The notes under the pieces: model-generated
Told to the model about the DNA's origin: nothing
Seen by the model: the letters and a program-made list of their open reading frames with translations, nothing else
The model's database searches: none
Translations under genes and position numbers: made by a program
Origin: Dehalococcoides mccartyi
GTDB lineage: Bacteria; Chloroflexota; Dehalococcoidia; GIF9; DYGU01
Assembly: GCA_020724525.1 (NCBI GenBank)
Contig: DYGU01000002.1
Coordinates: 29,388 to 93,387 of the forward strand
DNA: 64,000 bases
Direction of reading: 5' to 3'
Shown: in pieces, positions 46,261 through 54,339 of the stretch
How positions within the stretch are numbered: the stretch's first letter is position 1
Layout: every line of letters starts with the position of its first letter

Positions 46261-46321
46261 ATTATACAATCTTGAGCATTGTCTTGACAGTTATGCTATA
46301 CTGGAAAGCACCCAAACGGGG

Positions 46322-47293
46322 GTGTGGGTGAAAGGCAAAGACCTACTTTCAGTTGCTGACCTCAGCGCTGCTGATGTTGCGCAACTCATACGGAAAGCTT
46401 TAGACGGGAAGCAAAAGAGAGTTTCTGCCTTGCTTTCGGGGAAGGCTTTTGCCCTTGTGTTTGAGAAACCTTCTTTACGAACTCGAGTCAGTTTTGAGCT
46501 GGCTATTCATCAACTCGGTGGCTACGCCTTTTATTTGTCTCCGGATGAAGTAGGTTTTGGGAAGCGAGAGCCGGTCTCCGATGTAGCTCGGGTGCTCAGT
46601 CGTTACGTTGATGGTATTATAGCTCGCACCTTTTCTCACCATACTTTGGAGACTTTTGCCGAACACGCTACGGTACCGGTGATTAATGCTCTTTCCGACC
46701 TGGAGCACCCTTGCCAGGCTTTATCCGACCTCCTTACCATTTACGAAAAGCACCAGAAACTTCGCGGTTTAACTTTAGCTTTTATTGGTGACGGTAATAA
46801 TGTAGCTCATAGTCTGCTCTTAGCCGCTTCCCTTGCTGGACTGAATTTTTATATTGCCTCTCCACCAGGTTATCAGGTTAGGGAGGAGGTTCTAAAGCTC
46901 GGTAAGGAATTTGCTAAAGATAGTGGCAGTCAAATTTGGTTAACTCACGAGCCGCGTCGGGTAGTGAAAGACGTTGATATAGTCTATACTGATGTCTGGA
47001 CAAGTATGGGGCAGGAAGCAGAAGCAGAGCGGCGACGAATTGCTTTCGCTGGCTATCAAGTAGATGATGAGTTATTGGCTTTGGCTAAGAAAGATGTTCT
47101 TCTAATGCATCCTATGCCAGCCCACTGTGGGGAGGAAATCGCTCCGGGGCTTCTGGACAGTCCGGCTTCTGTAGTCTTTGACCAGGCTGAGAACAGGCTT
47201 CATCTCCAGAAGACGCTGCTGGCTGAAATATTTGGTAACTCCGAGCTGGGTAAAGAAAAGTCAGTCCTTTCCGGGATTACTACGAGCGGATAA
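46322..47293 (+). CDS. argF: ornithine carbamoyltransferase
   Basis: 323 aa. Motifs SLRTRVSFE, HPCQALSD and DVWTSMGQE. GTG start. Confidence 0.88.
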   Translation: MWVKGKDLLSVADLSAADVAQLIRKALDGKQKRVSALLSGKAFALVFEKPSLRTRVSFELAIHQLGGYAFYLSPDEVGFGKREPVSDVARVLSRYVDGIIARTFSHHTLETFAEHATVPVINALSDLEHPCQALSDLLTIYEKHQKLRGLTLAFIGDGNNVAHSLLLAASLAGLNFYIASPPGYQVREEVLKLGKEFAKDSGSQIWLTHEPRRVVKDVDIVYTDVWTSMGQEAEAERRRIAFAGYQVDDELLALAKKDVLLMHPMPAHCGEEIAPGLLDSPASVVFDQAENRLHLQKTLLAEIFGNSELGKEKSVLSGITTSG

Positions 47294-47295
47294 AT

Positions 47296-48624
47296 ATGAA
47301 ACCAATTGTAGCTATTGTCGGTAGAGCTAATGTGGGCAAGTCGACTTTGTTTAACCGCCTTTTAGGCGAACCTGTGGCTATAATTGAAGACTTGCCGGGG
47401 ACAACCCGTGACCGGATTTTTGGCGATACTTCAATAAAAGAACGTGAAATGACATTGGTCGACACTGGTGGCTTGGAAACAAAACCTACTTCTGTTCTGG
47501 GGGGAAAGGTCAAATTACAGGTGGAAGCAGCTATTGCTGAGGCTGATGTGATTATTTTTGTTGTGGACAGTCGTGACGGAGTGATTTCCACTGATTGGGA
47601 AATAGCCCATCTCCTGAGAAGTTCCGGTAAACCTGTAGTTCTGGCGGTGAATAAGGCAGACAATCCTCATCTTGAACAGCAAATAGCCGATTTTTATCAG
47701 TTGGGGATTGGTATTCCATTAGCCATTAGCGCCTATCATGGGAGAGGTATTAATCGACTTTCCGATGTGGTAGCTTCCCTTTTACCGCCCTTAATACCTG
47801 TTCTCTCTGAGCCGGATAGACCCAAGTTGGCTATTGTTGGACGACCCAATGTGGGTAAGTCCACACTCCTTAATGCTATTCTTGGTGAAGAAAGAGCTAT
47901 TGTTGATCAGATTCCAGGAACGACCCGAGATGCTCTTGACTCAGTTTTTCATTATGATAGTCAGGAAATTGTCCTTATTGATACTGCTGGTATCAGGCGG
48001 CGAGGACATATTGACGCCGGTATAGAATACTACGGTGTAATCCGAGCTCTCAGAGCTATTGAGCGGTGTGATGTGGCTCTATTAGTTATTGACGCTACTG
48101 AGCTTATTACTGCTCAAGACCTTCATATTGCCGGTTATATCAAAGAGGCTTTAAAGGGGATGGTGTTGGTAGTTAATAAATGGGATCTCATCTCTGAGAA
48201 GCAAAAAAACGAATACCGTCAGCACCTTGAGCAGCGTTTTAAGTTTATGCCTTATGCCCCCCCTTTTTATGTTTCTGCTATATTAAGGCAGGGTATGGAT
48301 AGACTTATCCCTGAAGCATTGCTGGTGTGGCAAGAGAGACAGAAGCAGCTTAGCCAAACCGAGATTGATGAATTTGTCAAAAGAGCTGCCATTACTGAAA
48401 TTTTGCCCCAGGCTGGTCCCAAGAGATTGAAGGTTTATGGGGCTTCTCAGACTAAGACCAGCCCCCCTACCTTTGTTTTTTCGGTTAATGAACCACGGCT
48501 GGTGCACTTCTCCTACCAGCGTTTTTTAGAGAATAAATTACGTCAGGCTTTTGGTTTTCAGGGGACTCCTATTCGTCTTATATTCAAAAAGGTATCCGGG
48601 AAAAGGATTAAAGAAGGGGGGTGA
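47296..48624 (+). CDS. der: ribosome-associated GTPase Der/EngA
   Basis: 442 aa. Two GTPase domains (GRANVGKST and GRPNVGKST) plus a KH-like C-terminus. Confidence 0.95.
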   Translation: MKPIVAIVGRANVGKSTLFNRLLGEPVAIIEDLPGTTRDRIFGDTSIKEREMTLVDTGGLETKPTSVLGGKVKLQVEAAIAEADVIIFVVDSRDGVISTDWEIAHLLRSSGKPVVLAVNKADNPHLEQQIADFYQLGIGIPLAISAYHGRGINRLSDVVASLLPPLIPVLSEPDRPKLAIVGRPNVGKSTLLNAILGEERAIVDQIPGTTRDALDSVFHYDSQEIVLIDTAGIRRRGHIDAGIEYYGVIRALRAIERCDVALLVIDATELITAQDLHIAGYIKEALKGMVLVVNKWDLISEKQKNEYRQHLEQRFKFMPYAPPFYVSAILRQGMDRLIPEALLVWQERQKQLSQTEIDEFVKRAAITEILPQAGPKRLKVYGASQTKTSPPTFVFSVNEPRLVHFSYQRFLENKLRQAFGFQGTPIRLIFKKVSGKRIKEGG

Positions 48625-48631
48625 TGTTACT

Positions 48632-49294
48632 ATGGCAGAAATGTTACTGGGCCGGTTTGTCTCTGTCGTAATACTTGGTTATCTCATGGGGTCGATACCC
48701 GTCGGAGTAATAATCGGGAAATTAGTGCACGGGATTGACATCAGGGACTATGGTAGTGGCAAGATGGGTGGTGCTAATGTAATACGTACCTTAGGGATGA
48801 AGATGGGGATTCTGGTAATAGCTCTTGATGTCACCAAAGCGGCTGTGGCAGTAATTTTAGCCAGAATTATTGTTGGCGAGCAGGTTATATTCATAAGTAA
48901 TTTTGTGCTTCACTGGCAGATAGCACAGGTAGCCACAGCTTTAGCAGTAATGATCGGTCATATCTGGCCTGTATTTCTTAAGTTCCGTGGGGGTAGAGGG
49001 GTGGCTCCTCTTTTCGGTACTCTGTTAGCTATGTCTCCGGTGGTGGCTTTATTTGGTTTTGAAATATTGCTTATGACGGTATTTATTACTCGATATATGT
49101 CTATGGGTTCGATATTTGGTGCCTTAAGTGCCTGGTCTTTGTTAGCGCCTCTAACCGTTATTAATCAGTTTCCTCCCATGTATCTGGTTTATGGCTTGAT
49201 TGCTGCTGCTTTAGTCCTCTATCAGCACCGGGATAATATTTCCCGGTTGCGAGCTGGCACGGAACGCCGTATAGGGGAAAAACCGAATCTGTAA
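48632..49294 (+). CDS. plsY: glycerol-3-phosphate acyltransferase PlsY
   Basis: YLMGSIP and GSGKMGGANVIR motifs with multiple TM segments. ATG 48632 is preferred because the ORF-track start overlaps der. Confidence 0.9.
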   Translation: MAEMLLGRFVSVVILGYLMGSIPVGVIIGKLVHGIDIRDYGSGKMGGANVIRTLGMKMGILVIALDVTKAAVAVILARIIVGEQVIFISNFVLHWQIAQVATALAVMIGHIWPVFLKFRGGRGVAPLFGTLLAMSPVVALFGFEILLMTVFITRYMSMGSIFGALSAWSLLAPLTVINQFPPMYLVYGLIAAALVLYQHRDNISRLRAGTERRIGEKPNL

Positions 49295-49307
49295 CCGACC
49301 TCAAGCT

Positions 49308-50324
49308 TTGAAATCAAAAAAGACCAACGCAACCATCATTGGTACCACCACTTGGGGTATCACTCTGGGTAGGCACGCCGTCAATAAGGGGGCAATAGTA
49401 AAAATCTGGGCACGAACGGAAGCCGAAGCCCGAGAGCTAAATAAAGAGCAAAACCCCATTCAGCTTTCCTTCACTAATAGTATCGAAGAAGCCGTAGCTG
49501 GAGCAGATTTTTTAATCTGGGCAGTACCCTCCCACAGCTTTCGACAAAATGTGCAACGGATTAAGGACTACATAGCTCCATCTACAATATTAGTCAGTGC
49601 TACCAAGGGGCTTGAAGTAGATACTGGTAAACGAATGTCAGAAATACTAATGGAGGAAGTTGCCCCACCTCTTGGGAGGCGGGTTTGTGTTCTTTCAGGT
49701 CCTAATTTATCGAAGGAGATTGCCCAAGGGTTACCAGCTTTTTCCATAGTAGCTTCAGATGATAGGGAAGTTGCCAGAAAGGCGCAGGGTTTATTAAATT
49801 CGCCAGACTTTAATATCTTTATAAGTAGGGATGTTATTGGGGTGGAATTAGGCGGTGCTTTTAAAAATATTATTGCCTTGGGGTCTGGGATGATTGATGG
49901 CTTGAGTCTGGGGAATAATGCTAAGGCGGCTTTTATTACTCTGGGATGGACTGAGGCTATTTCTTTAGCCGTGGCTCTCGGTGCTAAAAGAGGCACTCTT
50001 TTGGGTCTGGCGGGGCTGGGGGACCTGATAGCTACTTGCGTTAGCCCTTTAAGCCGAAATTATCATGTCGGTTACGAATTAGCTAAAGGACGCTCCTTAG
50101 CTGATATAAGGTCATCTACTCACCAGGTTGCCGAAGGGGTTAATGCTGCTATTGCCGCTCGCTATTTAGCCCAAAAGGTTGGTGTGAAGACACCAATTAT
50201 TAATCTCATTGGTGAGGTGCTTTCTGGGATTTTGCCCCCGAGTGAGGTCTTCAGTCGTCTTGGGAAAAGTGAAAACTTTAACCCAACCCCAAAAAGTTTG
50301 GCAACTTTTTGGGGACCCCGCTGA
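49308..50324 (+). CDS. gpsA: NAD(P)H-dependent glycerol-3-phosphate dehydrogenase
   Basis: 338 aa. Motifs GLEVDTGKRMSE, GGAFKNIIALG and GLGDLIATC. TTG start. Confidence 0.9.
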   Translation: MKSKKTNATIIGTTTWGITLGRHAVNKGAIVKIWARTEAEARELNKEQNPIQLSFTNSIEEAVAGADFLIWAVPSHSFRQNVQRIKDYIAPSTILVSATKGLEVDTGKRMSEILMEEVAPPLGRRVCVLSGPNLSKEIAQGLPAFSIVASDDREVARKAQGLLNSPDFNIFISRDVIGVELGGAFKNIIALGSGMIDGLSLGNNAKAAFITLGWTEAISLAVALGAKRGTLLGLAGLGDLIATCVSPLSRNYHVGYELAKGRSLADIRSSTHQVAEGVNAAIAARYLAQKVGVKTPIINLIGEVLSGILPPSEVFSRLGKSENFNPTPKSLATFWGPR

Positions 50325-50378
50325 ATTTAATTTTGGGCTTCCCCAGGTCCCCAAGAAATCGAAGATTTCTTGGGGGAT

Positions 50379-51446
50379 TTATTCCTTAGGTAACTCGGGC
50401 TGGGGCAAGATTTTAGCTAATTCTTCGAAGAGCTTCCGTTGCCTTTCGTCTAAAGATTTCGGAGTTACCAGGCTTATCCTGACTAATTGGTCTCCTCGGC
50501 CTTTGTCATTAAGATGGGGAACACCTTTCCCCTTTAGTCGAAGTATTTTCCCATGCTGAGTCCCCGGAGGTACGGATAATGTTATTGGTCCATTTAAGGT
50601 AGGTATTTCTATCTCAGCGCCAAGAGCTGCCTGAGCAAAATTAATCGACAACTCATAGATGATATTTTCACCATCCCGCTGGAAGAAGCGGTGAGGTCTA
50701 ACCGATAAATTGATATACAAGTTGCCGGAGGAACCACCAAAAAATCCGGCTTCTCCTTCTCCTGTTAGTCGCAGTTGTTGTCCGTCATCTACTCCGGGTG
50801 GGATATGAACCGTGACCTTTCGTTTTACCTTGTGTCTGCCTGTCCCATGGCATTGGGAGCAGGGATTAGTGATAACTGTTCCTTGTCCGTGGCATCGGTG
50901 ACAGGTAGTAATGTTTACAAAGCGTCCAAAGAGACTCTGCTGAACTCGGCGGACTTGTCCCGTACCACTGCACTCGGGACATTTTTGAGGATTTGTTCCG
51001 GGGTGACTGCCAACACCGTAGCATGAAGCGCAAACTTCAACACGTTCTAATTCAACCTCTTTTTGGCAACCAAAGACGGCTTCTTTGAAGGAAATGACTA
51101 AGCGGGTCTGTAAGTCGGCGCCTTTCTGGGGGACACGCTGAGCAGTGGTAGTTGTGCCACCGAAAAAGGCTTCAAAGATATCACCGAAGCCGCCAAAGTC
51201 AAAACCTTTGAAGCCCCACCCTGGAGCAACTGGTTGACCATACCTGTCATAGTTAGCTCGCTTCTCCGGGTCGGAGAGGACTTCATAGGCTTCATTAATT
51301 TCCTTGAACTTTTCCTCAGCCCCTGGCTCTTTATTGTGGTCAGGGTGGTATTGGAAAGCCAAGCGACGGAAGGCTTTCTTAATTTCGTCGTCAGTAGCGT
51401 TCCGGGAAACACCAAGGATTTGGTAATAGTCTCGTTTTATTGCCAT
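50379..51446 (-). CDS. dnaJ: molecular chaperone DnaJ (type I, full zinc finger)
   Basis: 355 aa. J domain with HPD, a G/F region and four CxxCxGxG repeats. Confidence 0.93.
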   Translation of the reverse strand: MAIKRDYYQILGVSRNATDDEIKKAFRRLAFQYHPDHNKEPGAEEKFKEINEAYEVLSDPEKRANYDRYGQPVAPGWGFKGFDFGGFGDIFEAFFGGTTTTAQRVPQKGADLQTRLVISFKEAVFGCQKEVELERVEVCASCYGVGSHPGTNPQKCPECSGTGQVRRVQQSLFGRFVNITTCHRCHGQGTVITNPCSQCHGTGRHKVKRKVTVHIPPGVDDGQQLRLTGEGEAGFFGGSSGNLYINLSVRPHRFFQRDGENIIYELSINFAQAALGAEIEIPTLNGPITLSVPPGTQHGKILRLKGKGVPHLNDKGRGDQLVRISLVTPKSLDERQRKLFEELAKILPQPELPKE

Positions 51447-51469
51447 GATAAATTATCCCTAATCTTTTA

Positions 51470-51499
51470 ATTATAACTGATAATTTGTAATTTTGACAA
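51470..51499 (-). promoter_or_regulatory. sigma70-like promoter for dnaJ
   Basis: On the minus strand: TTGTCA (51499..51494), 18-nt spacer, TATAAT (51475..51470). Confidence 0.4.
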
Positions 51500-51511
51500 A
51501 CCACAAATTGG

Positions 51512-51620
51512 GAGTGTTTATTTTGTCACCCTCACCTACCCTCTCCCTTGAAGGGAGAGGAATAAGGTGAGGGTTTCTCCGCTTTGTTCGGAATGGTGGA
51601 TAGGCATCGGTAAACAATCT
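51512..51620 (-). mobile_element. MITE-like element, copy B3, flanked by caaattgg(g)
   Basis: Direct repeats lie at 51504-51511 and 51621-51628. Near-identical to copy B2. Confidence 0.85.
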
Positions 51621-51734
51621 CAAATTGGGGGAAACGATGAATGTCAAACGGGGAACTACTAAATAGTCTCAAATTGAGAGTTGAGTCAACATTGGCGACA
51701 GCGATATTATGTTTGAGCAGAATGAACCTTTAAT

Positions 51735-52325
51735 ATGGGTATAAAGTTAACCAAAGCGGAAATAAAACAAGTCTTTTCCCATTACCAGAAGCAGAAGGCG
51801 ACCGCGACAAACTTAGTTCGGGCAGCAGTTTTGGTGCCTCTTTTCTATCAAGACGGAGAGTACTATTTTCTATTTACCCAGAGGAGTGGCAAGGTAACCT
51901 ACCACAAAGGGCAGATTTCTTTCCCTGGTGGGGTTCAGGCTAATGGTGCCCCGAGCCTTTTAGGTACAACTCTACGGGAAAGTTGTGAAGAAATCGGACT
52001 GAAAGCGGAGGATGTCGAGATTCTGGGGGAACTGAATGATACTGTGACCCTTTTCTCCGGCTTTGTTATTTCTCCTTTTGTTGCCTTTATCCCCTACCCC
52101 TATCCTTTCGAGGTAAACTCAGAAGAGATTGATGAAATCTTTGACATCTCAGTTTCAGACCTTTTGAAGGAAGATAACTTAAGAGTCGAATATCAAATTG
52201 TGGGTAATCGGGCAGTGCCTACTTATTTTTGTGGATGCAAAGGTAAAGTAATCTGGGGAGCTACCGCCAGAATTGTCGTTGAACTTCTGGAACTCCTCTC
52301 CTCGGGGTGGAAAGCCCCCGCATGA
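51735..52325 (+). CDS. NUDIX hydrolase (CoA pyrophosphatase-like)
   Basis: 196 aa with the Nudix box GGVQANGAPSLLGTTLRESCEEIGL. Confidence 0.72.
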   Translation: MGIKLTKAEIKQVFSHYQKQKATATNLVRAAVLVPLFYQDGEYYFLFTQRSGKVTYHKGQISFPGGVQANGAPSLLGTTLRESCEEIGLKAEDVEILGELNDTVTLFSGFVISPFVAFIPYPYPFEVNSEEIDEIFDISVSDLLKEDNLRVEYQIVGNRAVPTYFCGCKGKVIWGATARIVVELLELLSSGWKAPA

Positions 52326-52446
52326 CTATCTAACTCTATTAGCCTTCGCCCTTTTCATTTCCCTTGTGATTAAAGATATCTTGTCCGGTTTAAAAAATTT
52401 TCTTAATATTCTTAATACAATGTTATTATAAAATTAAACAAAATTG

Positions 52447-52475
52447 TTGACAAACTGTAGTAAATAGTTTAGAAT
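52447..52475 (+). promoter_or_regulatory. near-consensus sigma70 promoter for the dnaJ-like/hspR/clpB cluster
   Basis: TTGACA (52447-52452), 17-nt spacer, TAGAAT (52470-52475). Confidence 0.5.
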
Positions 52476-52492
52476 TGATTAGGGGCTGAGAA

Positions 52493-53464
52493 ATGCCGGG
52501 GAAAGATTATTATCAGATTTTGGGGGTAAGCAGAAACGCCACTGAGAAAGAAATAAAGCAGGCCTACCGGCGCTTAGCTCGTAAGTTTCATCCCGATGTC
52601 AATCCTGGTGACAAGTCAGCAGAAGCTAAGTTTAAGGAGATAAACGAAGCCTACGAGGTGCTTTCGGACCCGGAGAAGCGCCGGAAATATGACAGTTTTG
52701 GAGACCAGTGGCAGTATGCGGAACAATTTGCCCGTGCCGGACGAGGCTGGGATTTTAATCGAGGAGATGCCCGAGCTACTTTTGAATTTGGTGACTTAAG
52801 TGATATCTTAGATAGTCTCTTTGGTGACTTTGGTACTCGATTCCGGACAACGCGTCGCCCAAGCCGGGGTAAAGATATTTCCCATTCTATTGAAGTGACC
52901 TTGGAGGAGGCTTACCGAGGGACAACACGTATTATTGAAATCCAAGAGAGGGGGCTTTGTCCCGTCTGTCATGGTAGTGGTGTTTTGGGTAATAATAGGG
53001 CTTGCACTAACTGTAGTGGTTCAGGAGCGGTGGTAAAACCGAAACGTTTGGAAGTGAAGGTGCCTCCCGGGGTTAGAGATGGCTCCCGTATCCGAATTGT
53101 TGGTGAAGGTGGGGCAGGTTATGGAGGTGCTAAAGGTGACCTTTATCTTTTAGTTAAAATCTTACCCCATGAGAGTTTTGAGCGCAAGGAGGATGACCTC
53201 CACATAGAGGTACCTGTGCCCTTTGTTGTAGCTCTCCTTGGCGGTGAAGTAGAGGTATCTACTTTAAAAGGCAAGCTGGCTCTGAAAATACCACCGGAGA
53301 CCCAAAATGGCAAAGCCTTTCGATTGGCAGGGCAAGGCATGCCTCATCTGGGTGGTTCTTCCCGAGGGGACCTTTTTGCCAAAGTGAAGGTGGTGTTGCC
53401 AACTAAGCTAAGTGATGCCGAAAGGAAGCTTATTGAGCAATTCCGAACACTTCGTCCGAAGTAG
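52493..53464 (+). CDS. DnaJ-family co-chaperone with reduced zinc finger (CbpA/DnaJ-like)
   Basis: 323 aa. J domain (HPD), only two CxxCxGxG repeats ([16 protein letters not shown]) and DnaJ C-terminal domains. Confidence 0.85.
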   Translation: MPGKDYYQILGVSRNATEKEIKQAYRRLARKFHPDVNPGDKSAEAKFKEINEAYEVLSDPEKRRKYDSFGDQWQYAEQFARAGRGWDFNRGDARATFEFGDLSDILDSLFGDFGTRFRTTRRPSRGKDISHSIEVTLEEAYRGTTRIIEIQERGLCPVCHGSGVLGNNRACTNCSGSGAVVKPKRLEVKVPPGVRDGSRIRIVGEGGAGYGGAKGDLYLLVKILPHESFERKEDDLHIEVPVPFVVALLGGEVEVSTLKGKLALKIPPETQNGKAFRLAGQGMPHLGGSSRGDLFAKVKVVLPTKLSDAERKLIEQFRTLRPK

Positions 53465-53501
53465 AATTAATTTTTCAACTATGAAGTTTGGCAGTAAGTA
53501 T

Positions 53502-53598
53502 GTTTAGCAATGTAGCGCGAGGCTTTAGCCTCGCGCTACAAAAAAGCGACCCTAAAGGGTCGCACTACATTCAAAATAAGTTATTGATAAACACTCTT
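53502..53598 (+). mobile_element. MITE-like element, variant copy C1, flanked by gcagtaagtat
   Basis: Direct repeats lie at 53491-53501 and 53599-53609. The termini gtttagcaatg... and ...gataaacactc match the B copies. The internal hairpins differ (gtagcgcgaggc ttta gcctcgcgctac, and gcgaccc taaa gggtcgc). Confidence 0.8.
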
Positions 53599-53640
53599 GC
53601 AGTAAGTATTGATGTTGTTGGAGTGAGGTGATACTATAAA

Positions 53641-53985
53641 ATGACTTTGCCAGAGACCGAACCAAGGTATGTGATAAGTGTTGCCGCCAAAATGGTGGAC
53701 ATTGAAACCCATACTTTACGCTATTACGAAAGACTTGGGCTTGTCCAGCCATATCGCTCAAGAGGAAATATACGTTACTATTCAGAAAATGATATTGGAC
53801 GTCTGCGGCAGATTAAGACTTTGATGGAAGACCTGGGGATCAATTTGGCAGGGGTGGGGGTAGTGTTGCGCATGGCAGAGAAAATATCCGAGATGCAGCA
53901 TCAGCTCCAGCAACTGGAAGCGGAAATTAGCAACTTGAGGAAGTCCGGCAGGAAGAGAAACAAACTAAAGGAAGGAAGCACTTAA
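53641..53985 (+). CDS. hspR: MerR-family heat-shock regulator (HspR-like)
   Basis: 114 aa. N-terminal MerR helix-turn-helix (YVISVAAKMVDIETHTLRYYERLGL) plus a coiled coil. The context is dnaJ-like upstream and clpB downstream. Confidence 0.78.
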   Translation: MTLPETEPRYVISVAAKMVDIETHTLRYYERLGLVQPYRSRGNIRYYSENDIGRLRQIKTLMEDLGINLAGVGVVLRMAEKISEMQHQLQQLEAEISNLRKSGRKRNKLKEGST

Positions 53986-54261
53986 ATGGCTCAACCAATA
54001 GTTCTGGAAGCAAGACCGGAAATTCCGCCAGCTAAATGGCAGGTGACCAGCTACTGCTTTTGGTGTGATATAGTCAAAAACTTGGTAACTGTTTTGGTAT
54101 ACAATGACTGGCGAGCCAGGTGTATCTACTATGAAAGGTACAGTACTTTTAAGAGCGGAAGAGAAAGGAAAAAAATGCTAAAGGAATGTCCTGGTCCTGG
54201 GTGTCATTATGTTACGAGTTACCGGGACAAACTTATTCAAGAAGAGTCAGCTACTAAGTAA
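53986..54261 (+). CDS. hypothetical Cys-containing small protein
   Basis: 91 aa with CFWC and CPGPGCH motifs. Its start abuts the hspR stop (TAAATG). Confidence 0.5.
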   Translation: MAQPIVLEARPEIPPAKWQVTSYCFWCDIVKNLVTVLVYNDWRARCIYYERYSTFKSGRERKKMLKECPGPGCHYVTSYRDKLIQEESATK

Positions 54262-54339
54262 TAGACCTGTAGTACTGCTTAACTTGATTTAATATTTAAA
54301 ACATTTCTGTTTTAAGTTTAGCCTTTGGATGAGGGTTTG

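Noticed and set aside
51621-51734. Imperfect inverted repeat tctcaa-N8-ttgagt upstream of the NUDIX gene as a possible HspR (HAIR) operator
   Set aside because: The half-site order is reversed relative to CTTGAGT-N7-ACTCAAG, the arms are short and imperfect, and it is not positioned at a chaperone promoter.
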